A stretch of 64,000 nucleotides of DNA from IMG/VR virus record IMGVR_UViG_3300042898_006156, positions 49,560 through 113,559 of that record. The stretch is one strand, 5' to 3'. Source of the DNA: a virus. Shown here one piece after another: positions 9,137 through 18,874 of this stretch; the stretch's first letter is position 1, and the number at the start of each line of letters is the position of its first letter. The notes below the pieces were generated by a model. It did not search any database. It worked only from the letters and a program-made list of their open reading frames with translations, and had not been told where the DNA came from. The position numbers and the translations under genes are program-made.

Positions 9137-10715
9137 AATTGAGCTGCTAATAAGATCTAAAAGAACTGTCTTATATTTAGTATCTCAAGAAGAAAATAGA
9201 GTAATATCAGCTTTGGAAAATTTATGTTCCAAAGCTGATACTTCTTGGGATCTCGTAAAATGGGATATTGTTTCTGGACTTCATTCAACTTTCCCAGAAT
9301 TTTTACCCGCAAAAGCTTCTGATTGTGTACTAGATCAAGAAGAAGTATTGGGCTGGTTCAAAAAACTTATAGTACCAAAGAATAAATTTTGTATACTGGT
9401 ACTTAAAGATTACAACAAATTTTTTGGTTCTGGAAACTATCGTGGACAAGTTGAAATAAAAGTTGTCCGCCAATTGAAAAACTTAAGCTTTGATTTTTCC
9501 ACAGAGAACAAAGCAATAATTATTCTTTCTTCAATACTAGAATTACCAACAGATCTAGAAAAGTCTGTTCCTGTAATTGATTTCCCACTTCCTAGTAAAG
9601 ATGAAATAACAGAAAAAATTACATATCTTTTAGAAAAAGCATCTAAAAGACCTGACCTTGCTGCTAAATTTCAAACATCATACATCAAAGAAGAATTAGA
9701 CAATGTAGTCAATTGTTTCAGAGGTTTGACCATATCTGAATGTGAGCAAGTTTGTACATATTGTATGATCAAGCACACTTCTTTATTACCAGAATCAATT
9801 ATCCAACAAAAGAAAGATATTATCCGTAAGTCAGGTTTATTAGATTGGATTGATGATCCCACTGATATGAATAGTATTGGTGGTTTGTCAGGTTTAAAAT
9901 CTTGGCTTGAAAAACGTAAAGATGCTTTTTCATTAGAAGCATTGGACTATGGATTGCCAGCAAATCCTAAAGGCATATTACTTGTAGGTATTCAAGGTGC
10001 TGGCAAATCATTATTCGCCAAAGCAATATCATCATTCTGGAATTTCCCCTTATTAAGACTTGATATGGGCAAAGTATTTTCTGGTCTTGTTGGAAGTTCT
10101 GAACAAAATATGCGACAGGTTTTCAAAGTGGCTGAATCTGTTGCCCCCTGTATTCTTTGGTGTGATGAAATTGATAAGGGTATGTCTGGATCAAAAGCAT
10201 CTAGCACAACTGATGGCGGTACAACTTCAAGAGTTTTGGGTTCTTGGCTCACATGGATGCAGGATAGAAAATCTCCAGTATTTGTTGTTGCTACTGCCAA
10301 TGATGTTTCTTCCTTACCGCCAGAATTATTAAGAAAAGGTAGATTTGATGAGATTTTCTTTGTAGATCTTCCTAAATTACTGGAAAGAAAAACTATATTT
10401 AAAATCCACCTTGAAAAAAGAAACAGAAATCCTAAGAATTTTAATTTGGAATTATTAGCAGATTTATCTGAAAGTTTTACTGGAGCTGAAATCGAAGCAG
10501 CCATAGAAGCAGCATTATATGAAGCATTTAGTGATAACAAAAGAGAAATTATTACATCCGATATAGCAGACGCAATTAAAGATTCCGTTCCCATTTCTAA
10601 ATTGATGAAAGAAGAGATACAATACTTGAGATCTTGGGCTAGTGAAAGAGCACGAAATGCATCCAGTAGCAATTCTGAAATTAAGAGATACAATGGGAAC
10701 GAGGATGATTTGTAA
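9111..10715 (+). CDS. Ycf46-like AAA+ ATPase
   Basis: N-terminal degenerate domain (LVSQEENRV), IGGLSGLKSWL, GIQGAGKS, LWCDEIDK, ATAN, LPPELLRKGRFDEIFFVDLP. Confidence 0.9.
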   Translation: MDSNQTIDEIELLIRSKRTVLYLVSQEENRVISALENLCSKADTSWDLVKWDIVSGLHSTFPEFLPAKASDCVLDQEEVLGWFKKLIVPKNKFCILVLKDYNKFFGSGNYRGQVEIKVVRQLKNLSFDFSTENKAIIILSSILELPTDLEKSVPVIDFPLPSKDEITEKITYLLEKASKRPDLAAKFQTSYIKEELDNVVNCFRGLTISECEQVCTYCMIKHTSLLPESIIQQKKDIIRKSGLLDWIDDPTDMNSIGGLSGLKSWLEKRKDAFSLEALDYGLPANPKGILLVGIQGAGKSLFAKAISSFWNFPLLRLDMGKVFSGLVGSSEQNMRQVFKVAESVAPCILWCDEIDKGMSGSKASSTTDGGTTSRVLGSWLTWMQDRKSPVFVVATANDVSSLPPELLRKGRFDEIFFVDLPKLLERKTIFKIHLEKRNRNPKNFNLELLADLSESFTGAEIEAAIEAALYEAFSDNKREIITSDIADAIKDSVPISKLMKEEIQYLRSWASERARNASSSNSEIKRYNGNEDDL

Positions 10716-11512
10716 TGGCTGAACCTAATTTTGAAGATATATTGGGTCTAAATGATTTAAAAGAAAACTTACAAAATAGCGCTAGAAACCTTAGAATGAA
10801 TAAAGGTATTGGCTGTGCTCTTTGTGATTATTTTGGTTACACTACAAATTACAAGGGTAAATCTGTAATGTGTTCTTGTGAGAAAGAAAAATTTCTCCGA
10901 GAATTATATGTCAAGGCCAATGTTCCAAGAGTTTATATTGGTAAAAGCTTGGATGATTGGAACATTCGTGCAGACGCTCATGGAAGAGATCTTGGCCAAG
11001 AATCTAAAACTAGTGAACGAGTATTACTTTTACTAAAGTATTTTGAGAAGTTTTTGATTGATATTGTCAATAATGATCCTCCAAATATTCGTCATACCGG
11101 AAACATCAGGACACCACTTACTTCAATTATTTTTGATGGCAAGAATGGTAGTGGCAAAACATTCATAGGTGCTGTTTTAGTTCAATCTGCTATCAAAAAA
11201 GGCTTGTCTTCCAAGTATTATGATTGGACTGAAATTATAAGCATCTTAAGTGATTTTGATAAAAAAGATGAATTTGACAAGATGAACGAAGAATTCAAAA
11301 ATCTTGATTTTATCGTTATTGATGGTATTGAACAATACAAGCAAACCCACCCTCAATTCCCACAAAATTTGGATAGACTATCAAAATCGAGAGTAAATTC
11401 TGGTAAACCTTTTATTTTATTGACGTATGGAACTTCAAACATCTCAACAGGATCAGGATGGAATTCTTTACTTCGCAGTTGTATTACGATAAGGTTGCCT
11501 TACGCAAGATGA
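10715..11512 (+). CDS. DnaC/IstB-like helicase loader ATPase
   Basis: CALC...CSC zinc motif, GKNGSGKT Walker A, FIVIDG Walker B; directly upstream of DnaB. Confidence 0.75.
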   Translation: MAEPNFEDILGLNDLKENLQNSARNLRMNKGIGCALCDYFGYTTNYKGKSVMCSCEKEKFLRELYVKANVPRVYIGKSLDDWNIRADAHGRDLGQESKTSERVLLLLKYFEKFLIDIVNNDPPNIRHTGNIRTPLTSIIFDGKNGSGKTFIGAVLVQSAIKKGLSSKYYDWTEIISILSDFDKKDEFDKMNEEFKNLDFIVIDGIEQYKQTHPQFPQNLDRLSKSRVNSGKPFILLTYGTSNISTGSGWNSLLRSCITIRLPYAR

Positions 11513-13107
11513 AATTAGATCAACGTTCATTAGAAATTATGTTTTTATCATCCATCACTAAAAGTACAAAGTGTATGGATAAGGCTCTTGCACGTCAAAT
11601 TACAAAAGATCATTTCGTTCACATAGAGCCTAGCGACACTTCTTCTTACACCCAGAAAATGTACGATTTTATAATGAAGTACTGGGAAAGAAGTGGTGGA
11701 AGTTTGCTCACTGGCTTTGTTCTTGAATCTTCTTTAAATGAAAGCAATATTAAAGATTACACTCGTAGAAAATATATTTCTTTATGGGATGAGATTGAGA
11801 ATTTTGATTTTGATGAGAATGATTTTCATGAGGTTACTAGTTTATTAAAGAAAAATAAGGGTCTGCGTACACTTACTAAAACTTTTGAATCTTCCAATTC
11901 TTTTCTTGCTAATGGCGATCTTTCTAAAACTGTAGAAGCTATTCAAAAAGATCTTGATGATATACAAGATGAACTTTCTGAAAAATTTTCAGAGATTCAG
12001 AACTTTGATGTTTCTAATAGCGCTGATTTTTTCAAGAAAGAATATGAAAAGCGTCTTACACAGCCTGAATTATTTAAAGGTATTGAGTGTGGGATAAGCA
12101 ACATTGACTCTAAAACTTTTGGATGGATGCCTGGACAAATTATTGTTTTTCTAGCTCCTTCTTCTGGTGGTAAGAGTGTAATGCTCTTAAACTCTGCTCT
12201 TCATGCTAATAAAGTTGGCAAGAAGAAAGTTTTGTATCTCTCTTTTGAAATGAACTCTTGGCTTTGTTTGCTTCGCCATGTTTCATTAAATTTCGAAATT
12301 CCTTATGATCAAATCAAAGGCACAGATCTTTCTCCTGATGAAATGAAGACAATTTATGATGGATTAAAAACACAAGAGAATGGTCCATATTTTGAATATG
12401 ATGTCAATATGGAAGATCCTACGCCAGAGTATATTGATCAGAAAATTAGAGAGTTGATTAACACTAAAGGCAAGCCAGATCTTCTTGTTGTTGACTATAT
12501 CGGAAATATGACTGTACGTAAGGCAGTTAATGGAGCAAAAGATTGGGAAAATCAATCTCAAGCAGTTAAGGGATTATTCTTACTAGCTAAAAGATATAAC
12601 ATTCCAGTGCTTACTGCTCAACAGATTAATCGGGATACAATTAGAGATTCTCGTAAGTCTAAAGATGAGAAGAAATTCATGTCTTATGATCAGGCTGCAG
12701 CATCTGGAGGTCAAAACCTTATGCACCTTTGTACCTATGCTATTGCCATGGAACCTAATCGTGAGCACGGATATTGCATTCTTCATCCTGTAAAAATGCG
12801 TGATGCTTGGTTTAATCCATTTCCTATTCGTATGAACAGAGAATATAACAAAGTCACTGAATTAGATGAAGAAGAGCAACAACAGATATTAGCATTGCAC
12901 GGTGTTGCAACTGGTAATACAGTTGTCAAGGAAGTTCCCAAAACAGATCGCCCAGATGGCAAAACTCCTATAAGACGACCTACTATTATTTCAAATGATG
13001 GCACTGTTGTTGATAATGTGCTTGAACTAGATGAAGAAGAATTTGTACCTTTGAATCTTGATGATAATAGAGAACTTTCAGTGCCAGACTGGATGATTTA
13101 TGAATAA
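11509..13107 (+). CDS. dnaB: Replicative DnaB-family helicase
   Basis: GWMPGQIIVFLAPSSGGKS, YLSFEM, VVDY, TAQQINR, KMRD; ATG at 11509 overlaps the previous stop (track start 11458). Confidence 0.9.
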   Translation: MKLDQRSLEIMFLSSITKSTKCMDKALARQITKDHFVHIEPSDTSSYTQKMYDFIMKYWERSGGSLLTGFVLESSLNESNIKDYTRRKYISLWDEIENFDFDENDFHEVTSLLKKNKGLRTLTKTFESSNSFLANGDLSKTVEAIQKDLDDIQDELSEKFSEIQNFDVSNSADFFKKEYEKRLTQPELFKGIECGISNIDSKTFGWMPGQIIVFLAPSSGGKSVMLLNSALHANKVGKKKVLYLSFEMNSWLCLLRHVSLNFEIPYDQIKGTDLSPDEMKTIYDGLKTQENGPYFEYDVNMEDPTPEYIDQKIRELINTKGKPDLLVVDYIGNMTVRKAVNGAKDWENQSQAVKGLFLLAKRYNIPVLTAQQINRDTIRDSRKSKDEKKFMSYDQAAASGGQNLMHLCTYAIAMEPNREHGYCILHPVKMRDAWFNPFPIRMNREYNKVTELDEEEQQQILALHGVATGNTVVKEVPKTDRPDGKTPIRRPTIISNDGTVVDNVLELDEEEFVPLNLDDNRELSVPDWMIYE

Positions 13108-13732
13108 AGCTACAATCACACGTAATTTTATTGATAATTTAGTAAAATCGATTGATATCATGGAGTTTATGGAGTCTGAGTATGATTCTGACTTCATAAT
13201 ATCAAAACATACTGATTGGGCTAATACAAGATGTCCCATGCCAAATCACGATGATGGTAACCCTTCTTTTGGTGTCAATACCAAAACTAACACCTACAAT
13301 TGTTTTGGCTGTGGTGCTACTGGAGACTTAATTCAACTTGTTCAGGATGTTGAAGGATTGAATTTTGTAGAAGCAATACATAAACTCTCTGTATTTGCTA
13401 AAATTGATGTCGAAACTGTTGATTTTGATGTCAAATATCTTATGAGAGAAGTAAGCAATACAATCAAGAAATATCTAGAGAAAGAAAATAATGCTAGTAA
13501 TTATCCTGGCGGTTTATCAGAGGTAGATTTCTTAATTTCTTTTTCTGAAAAGATTAAAAAATACGAACGGCTTAATAATTATAATCCTGAATTCATCACT
13601 TGGACTGATAGTGTTTATAAGCAGATAGATGAAGACTTACACAAAGAAAACTTTAAGAATTTAAATATCTTATGGAAAAATTTTATCAAGAGTGCAAAAA
13701 TAAAGATGGGAGAACTAAATGAACAGCATTGA
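13100..13732 (+). CDS. Stand-alone primase zinc-binding (CHC2) domain protein
   Basis: CPMPNHDDGNPSF...YNCFGCGATGDLIQLVQDVEGLNFVEAI; no TOPRIM domain. Confidence 0.85.
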   Translation: MNKATITRNFIDNLVKSIDIMEFMESEYDSDFIISKHTDWANTRCPMPNHDDGNPSFGVNTKTNTYNCFGCGATGDLIQLVQDVEGLNFVEAIHKLSVFAKIDVETVDFDVKYLMREVSNTIKKYLEKENNASNYPGGLSEVDFLISFSEKIKKYERLNNYNPEFITWTDSVYKQIDEDLHKENFKNLNILWKNFIKSAKIKMGELNEQH

Positions 13733-13964
13733 AATTATTGAAAAACTAAAACAAACTTTTAATGATGCTCCTGATGAAATTCCAGTGAACATTCTTGTTA
13801 ATGGGCATTTAGCTAATAAAATCTATTTTATTCATCAGCTAATGTTGGCTGAAAATCCAGGATATACTGAAGAAGATGTTTACAAGTATATTTTCTGGTC
13901 TGGTTCAAATAAAATTTTAGAAGATCTAGCTAATAATGTCCAAAACGATTATCCTGAATCCTGA
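13719..13964 (+). CDS. Small hypothetical protein
   Basis: 81-aa ORF with GGGAG RBS, overlapping neighbours. Confidence 0.65.
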   Translation: MNSIEIIEKLKQTFNDAPDEIPVNILVNGHLANKIYFIHQLMLAENPGYTEEDVYKYIFWSGSNKILEDLANNVQNDYPES

Positions 13965-14733
13965 AGTTATAGCTCAAGTTTTAAAACACAACGAAGTGGA
14001 TGTTTATATTCTTTGGGCTATCTCTAAATTGGTTGATGAGAATAATTCAGGTATTGTTCCTATCGAAGAAATCATTAACATAGCTAAAATTGTATTTCAG
14101 TATTCCTCTACTTTTGTTTATGACAAAATCAAAAAAGGAACAGATCTTTATTGGACAGCTCCTCACGGTAAATTTGGCAAAAAGAGTGTCTGTTTATTTT
14201 CTATCAACAAAATTATTAATCGCTTAAAGCCCGAAATCACAAGATCAAAACCTGTAGCTGTCCCATTATCGGCTCTTCAAAGTCAAAGCTCTAAATATGT
14301 CAAAGAACTTTTGATTTGTATTTTTGCTGCTAGATATGAAGATGAAAGACCAGTAGCTATAGAAACTATTTCTATCTACACTGGGCAAAGTGAATCTACA
14401 GTGAGAAATGCCATAAAAAGCTGCAAATATATATCTTCAAGGCAAAATCACGAAGTAATAGATAAAACCCTTAAGAAGACAAAATTATCCCTTACAAATG
14501 AACAAGTGCAAGAGTACAAGAAACTCAAACTCATCCAGAAAAATTATTCTTACATTATCTGTAAACAAATTTCTAATTCTTATAGACTATTGGAGTTTGA
14601 CAGATTGCCTTTGCGCACTCGTCCAAAAGCATTAAAGATGATTGATAAAAATCTAATTCTTAATTTAGAACCAAGGCATTACCACGAAAAAAATGGTAAA
14701 CTTTATTCGAGTCGCAATAAAGCAATTCTCTAA
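13936..14733 (+). CDS. Basic hypothetical protein with probable HTH (possible DNA-binding/initiator)
   Basis: VAIETISIYTGQSESTVRNAIK is HTH-like. Confidence 0.55.
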   Translation: MSKTIILNPEVIAQVLKHNEVDVYILWAISKLVDENNSGIVPIEEIINIAKIVFQYSSTFVYDKIKKGTDLYWTAPHGKFGKKSVCLFSINKIINRLKPEITRSKPVAVPLSALQSQSSKYVKELLICIFAARYEDERPVAIETISIYTGQSESTVRNAIKSCKYISSRQNHEVIDKTLKKTKLSLTNEQVQEYKKLKLIQKNYSYIICKQISNSYRLLEFDRLPLRTRPKALKMIDKNLILNLEPRHYHEKNGKLYSSRNKAIL

Positions 14734-14783
14734 ATCAGCAAGTGAATGACTATCTTTGATGGCGCTTGCAAAAGAGGCATTAT

Positions 14784-17700
14784 ATGTGTAGTTCTAATAA
14801 AGATTTCGTTCATTTACACGCCCATACGCATTTTTCTATTCAAGATGCATTACCCACACCAGCTAAATACGCATTAAAAGCTCGTGAGATGGGTTTCAGA
14901 GCCACAGCAATTACAGACCACGGAAAAATGGGTGGTGCTGTTGAATTTGTTGAAGCTTGTCGTATGCAAGGCAGTTTTGAACCTATTAAACCTATCATTG
15001 GTATTGAAGTGTATACCTGTGAAGATCGTTTTGATAAGAGTAAAACAGAAGATGGCAGACGTAAGAAATTAAATCACCTTACTCTTCTTGCTCAAAACGA
15101 AACAGGATATAAGAATCTTCTTTCTCTTTCAGCTCTTGGCAATGACCCAGATGCTTTTCATTATTCCCCTCGTGTTGATTGGGGGTGTATTGAAAAACAT
15201 AGTGAAGGTGTAATTGCTCTTTCTGGCTGTCTCGCTTCTGAACTAAATCAATCCCTAATGAGAGAAGATGTTGATCTTGCAAATCGTGTTATAAATCGAT
15301 TTAAGAATGTATTTCAAGATCGCTATTTTGTTGAATTGCAGCATCACGGAATTGATGAACAAGCTCATAATATGCCATTTCTTTTAGATCTTGCTAATAA
15401 ATATGACATTCCTGTTGTTGCATCTAATGATGTACATTATCTTGACAAGTTAGACTGGAAAATTCACGATGTCTTAATTCAGATGCGTGACCAAAGAGAC
15501 AGCAGAACAGATAAAAAGAATGGTAAGAAAGAAGCTTATGGCAGTCATCAGTTTTATCTAAAACCTTATGATGAAATGCACAAGGTTTTTGGATCAAGTG
15601 TGCCTGAAGCTTTAAAAAATTCTGTTCTTATTTCAGAGATGGTAGAAGATTTCTTCAAACTTGATGTTCCCCACTTACTTCCAGCTGCTCGTATTCCTAA
15701 AGACAATCAAGAGTTTAATAATTTCTGGAAATCCAAATTACCTCATCACAAAGCAAATGAAGCGTATTTAGCCTTTCTTTGTATTTCTGGTTTACGTCAG
15801 GCTAACTTATTCTCAAACAATTATTTAGCCCGTCTTGATAGTGAATTGCGCCAAATTTGGTACATGGGTGTTACTGACTACTTCTTGATTCAAAGAGAAT
15901 TAGTTGAATTTATGAAGCATAAGGATATCCATTTTGGTATTCGTGGTTCTGGTGTTGGATCATTAGTAAACTTCTGTCTTGAAGTTTGTAATGTGGATCC
16001 AGTACGTTGGAACTTGATGTTTGAACGCTTCTTGAATCCTGGTCGTGGAACTCAATACAAAGTAGATATATCTGAATTTCCAGCATCTCAATTTATTAAT
16101 GAGTATGGTGATATGGATCAAATTCCTTACAGTAAGAAGTTAAGGAAGATTACTCAACAATGGCTAGAATTTTTTCCAGAAAATCGCAAATATGAGCCTG
16201 AAATTGAGAAAGAATTATGGGTATTAGAAAATCAAGGTTTATCATCTTATATTTATAACCTTGCTAAAATGGGAATCAAAGCAAAGAAGAATGATTCTCA
16301 ACTTTGGACTGCTCATATTCTTGAAATTACGAAAGAAATGCCTTCAGATGGTCTAGTAATTTCAAAAGTTGCTGCCCTTCCTGACGTTGATACAGATATT
16401 GATGATTCACGTCGCTCTGAAGTTATTGATTGGACTAAAGAAAGATTTGGAGATGATCATGTTGCTCAAATTGGAACTTGGGGTAAATATGCTGCAAAAA
16501 ACTCTGTAGTAGGATGTTTGAAATCCTCTACAAGGTTTCAAGATACATATCCTAATGATTTTCACAATCAGGCTTTAAAGATTTCTGCTTGTATTTCTAA
16601 AAAGCCAGGAACAACAATTGAAGAAACTATTCAAGAAAATGAGGAGTTCAAACATTACTATAACCAGTGGCAAGAAGAATTAGATAGCGCTATTCAATTG
16701 GTTGGTACATATTCTAACTTTGGTGTTCACGCTTCTGGAGTTCTTGTATCTTCTGAACCAATTTATTTAAATGCCCCTATAGAAAACAGTAAGGGAAACT
16801 TGTGTTCTGCATACGATATGAAAAATGTAGAACGTGTTGGTTTGGTAAAGTACGATTTTCTTGGACTAGCTGCTTTTCATCAAGTTGCTCTTTGTCTTGA
16901 ACATATAAAGAGACTTCATAATAAAGAAATTGATTTCAAAAAGATCAATCTTGACGATGCTAAAATTTTTAAGAACATTTATGCTAGGGGAAAAACTGCT
17001 AGTGTTTTCCAATTTGCTTCAAAAGGAATGCAACAATCTCTTCGGGATGTAAACGCCTCTAATGTTGAAGATTTGATTGCTGTGGCTGCTCTTTATCGTC
17101 CTGGTCCTATGGATTATATTCCTCAATATGCTGAAGGTAAAAGACATCCAGAATTAATCAAGTATGCTCACCCTATTATTGAGAAGCATCTTTCAGTGAC
17201 ATATGGAATTATGGTGTATCAGGAGCAAGCTATGTTCTTGGCTCGTGATATGGCTGGATTTACCTGGCAACAAGTGGACAAACTACGTAAAGCAATTTCA
17301 AAGAAGTCTGGTAAAGATTTTGATGATGTTTGTAATCTTTTTGCTACAAAGAGTAAAGAGCGTGGAATTCCTGAACCAGTTATTGATGAAGTACTTGCAT
17401 TAATGGCTAAATTTGGAGGATATGCCTTCAATAGATCTCACGCTTGTTCTTATGCTTTGCTTTCTTATTACACTGCTTATTTGCGTAATTATTATCCTTC
17501 TGAGTGGTTGGCTGCTTGTATTCAAATAGATAGGCTTGATGAAGATAAACTTGCTGTATTACTTAAAGAATGCAGTATGGATAGAATTACAGTAAAGCCA
17601 GCAAATGTAAATGAGTCTGGTGTTGAAACTACTGTAAATAAGAAGGGTGAGATTTTGCTTCCTCTTTCTGCAATTAAGGGTGTCGGAGCAAGAGCAATTG

Positions 17701-18029
17701 ATATAGTTCAACATCAACCTTATGAAGATTGCAAAGACTTGGCATACAGAGCTAGACCTAATCGTGGAATGGTGGCTTTCCTGGCTGAACATGATGCACT
17801 AAGTTGCTTGCCAGATACTATGCAATTTGAAGTTGTAGAAGATTTCTTGGAATACTGGGACAATATTGTTGCAGAAAGAAACAAAGAAGAAAAGAATTCT
17901 TTAAGGATGCAGAAACTTGCAGAGAAAAATTCTGTGTCATATGATGATATAATTAACAACAAAGAAAGAAAAACAAAATCCACTTCATCATCTGTTAAAA
18001 CATTACTGAGTGATGGATTGTTTGATTAG
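14784..18029 (+). CDS. dnaE: DNA polymerase III alpha subunit (family C)
   Basis: PHP motifs HLHAHT, TDHG, HLTLLA, ASNDVHY; RGSGVGS; PDVDTD; HASG; KYDFLGL; YAFNRSHA; ATG at 14784 with GAGG RBS (track start 14766). Confidence 0.97.
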   Translation: MCSSNKDFVHLHAHTHFSIQDALPTPAKYALKAREMGFRATAITDHGKMGGAVEFVEACRMQGSFEPIKPIIGIEVYTCEDRFDKSKTEDGRRKKLNHLTLLAQNETGYKNLLSLSALGNDPDAFHYSPRVDWGCIEKHSEGVIALSGCLASELNQSLMREDVDLANRVINRFKNVFQDRYFVELQHHGIDEQAHNMPFLLDLANKYDIPVVASNDVHYLDKLDWKIHDVLIQMRDQRDSRTDKKNGKKEAYGSHQFYLKPYDEMHKVFGSSVPEALKNSVLISEMVEDFFKLDVPHLLPAARIPKDNQEFNNFWKSKLPHHKANEAYLAFLCISGLRQANLFSNNYLARLDSELRQIWYMGVTDYFLIQRELVEFMKHKDIHFGIRGSGVGSLVNFCLEVCNVDPVRWNLMFERFLNPGRGTQYKVDISEFPASQFINEYGDMDQIPYSKKLRKITQQWLEFFPENRKYEPEIEKELWVLENQGLSSYIYNLAKMGIKAKKNDSQLWTAHILEITKEMPSDGLVISKVAALPDVDTDIDDSRRSEVIDWTKERFGDDHVAQIGTWGKYAAKNSVVGCLKSSTRFQDTYPNDFHNQALKISACISKKPGTTIEETIQENEEFKHYYNQWQEELDSAIQLVGTYSNFGVHASGVLVSSEPIYLNAPIENSKGNLCSAYDMKNVERVGLVKYDFLGLAAFHQVALCLEHIKRLHNKEIDFKKINLDDAKIFKNIYARGKTASVFQFASKGMQQSLRDVNASNVEDLIAVAALYRPGPMDYIPQYAEGKRHPELIKYAHPIIEKHLSVTYGIMVYQEQAMFLARDMAGFTWQQVDKLRKAISKKSGKDFDDVCNLFATKSKERGIPEPVIDEVLALMAKFGGYAFNRSHACSYALLSYYTAYLRNYYPSEWLAACIQIDRLDEDKLAVLLKECSMDRITVKPANVNESGVETTVNKKGEILLPLSAIKGVGARAIDIVQHQPYEDCKDLAYRARPNRGMVAFLAEHDALSCLPDTMQFEVVEDFLEYWDNIVAERNKEEKNSLRMQKLAEKNSVSYDDIINNKERKTKSTSSSVKTLLSDGLFD

Positions 18030-18037
18030 GAATTATT

Positions 18038-18784
18038 ATGGGAATTTTTGACGAATACGAAGAATACGACGATCCAGAATTCAAAATCAGCTCTGAGGAA
18101 GATGAAGATTTTGATGAAGAAAAATCAGTTTTACTTGCAACTTTAGAATGGTCGCCTATGCCAGAAACAGTTTCTTGGCAGGATCCTAATTTTTCAAAAG
18201 ATTTAGTAAGTCGTCTTAAAGGTGTCACTGAAGATTCATTTGCAAAAGAAGTTCAGATTTGGCAAGATGCAATTAGTCTTCTTCCACACTATGATGAAAT
18301 TGAAATTCGCACTGAAGTAAGGCAATGGGATATTTCTATTCCAAGCAAAGATGATTATGAATTTGAATCATTTTCAGCTGCCTATGCTTTGCAAGTTCAA
18401 TACAGAAACAGATTGACTGAAATTATGTCTGTTGTTTTTGCACACTATGAAATGATTTCTCAAGCGCACAAAAACCTTCGAGAAATGGCTATCAAATTAT
18501 CTACAGGAACAGCAAAGGATAAAGAGGCTAATGCTGCTTTCACTGTACACCCATTTGTCATTCCAATGACAAATTCCAAAAGGCTGCTAACATATTTGGA
18601 GCAATATTTAAAAAATATTGAATTTGCAGCATCTCAAATGGATAGAATTTTGCGTGAGCATCAAGCTTTATCCAGAATCAACCAATCCTTTAATAACGAG
18701 GGAATGTCAAATCTTTTTGCGAAAGATAAGACTCCTATGAATAAGGGAAATGCTACAGTAAGAACTAGAAATTCAAGAATGTGA
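18038..18784 (+). CDS. Hypothetical helical protein (possible recombination mediator)
   Basis: 248-aa ORF between dnaE and SSB, acidic N-terminus; function inferred only from context. Confidence 0.65.
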   Translation: MGIFDEYEEYDDPEFKISSEEDEDFDEEKSVLLATLEWSPMPETVSWQDPNFSKDLVSRLKGVTEDSFAKEVQIWQDAISLLPHYDEIEIRTEVRQWDISIPSKDDYEFESFSAAYALQVQYRNRLTEIMSVVFAHYEMISQAHKNLREMAIKLSTGTAKDKEANAAFTVHPFVIPMTNSKRLLTYLEQYLKNIEFAASQMDRILREHQALSRINQSFNNEGMSNLFAKDKTPMNKGNATVRTRNSRM

Positions 18785-18803
18785 AAATATTTTTGAATTA
18801 CTA

Positions 18804-18832
18804 TTGCTTCAGCTAAAAACATACAGTAAACT
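18804..18832 (+). promoter_or_regulatory. sigma70-type promoter TTGCTT-N17-TAAACT
   Basis: Intergenic, upstream of the SSB gene. Confidence 0.55.
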
Positions 18833-18874
18833 AATAAATGTGGGACGGAAGAGCCCAATTGGAGAAAATATAAA

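Noticed and set aside
9992-10693. 233-aa antisense ORF and the many other 60-150 aa overlapping ORFs in the track
   Set aside because: They lie opposite or out of frame within well-supported genes and have no motifs or RBS; typical shadow ORFs
16047-16376. Intein in DnaE (also considered for the TerL and portal insertions)
   Set aside because: No intein N-terminal block, no His-Asn plus Cys/Ser/Thr C-terminal junction, and no LAGLIDADG motifs
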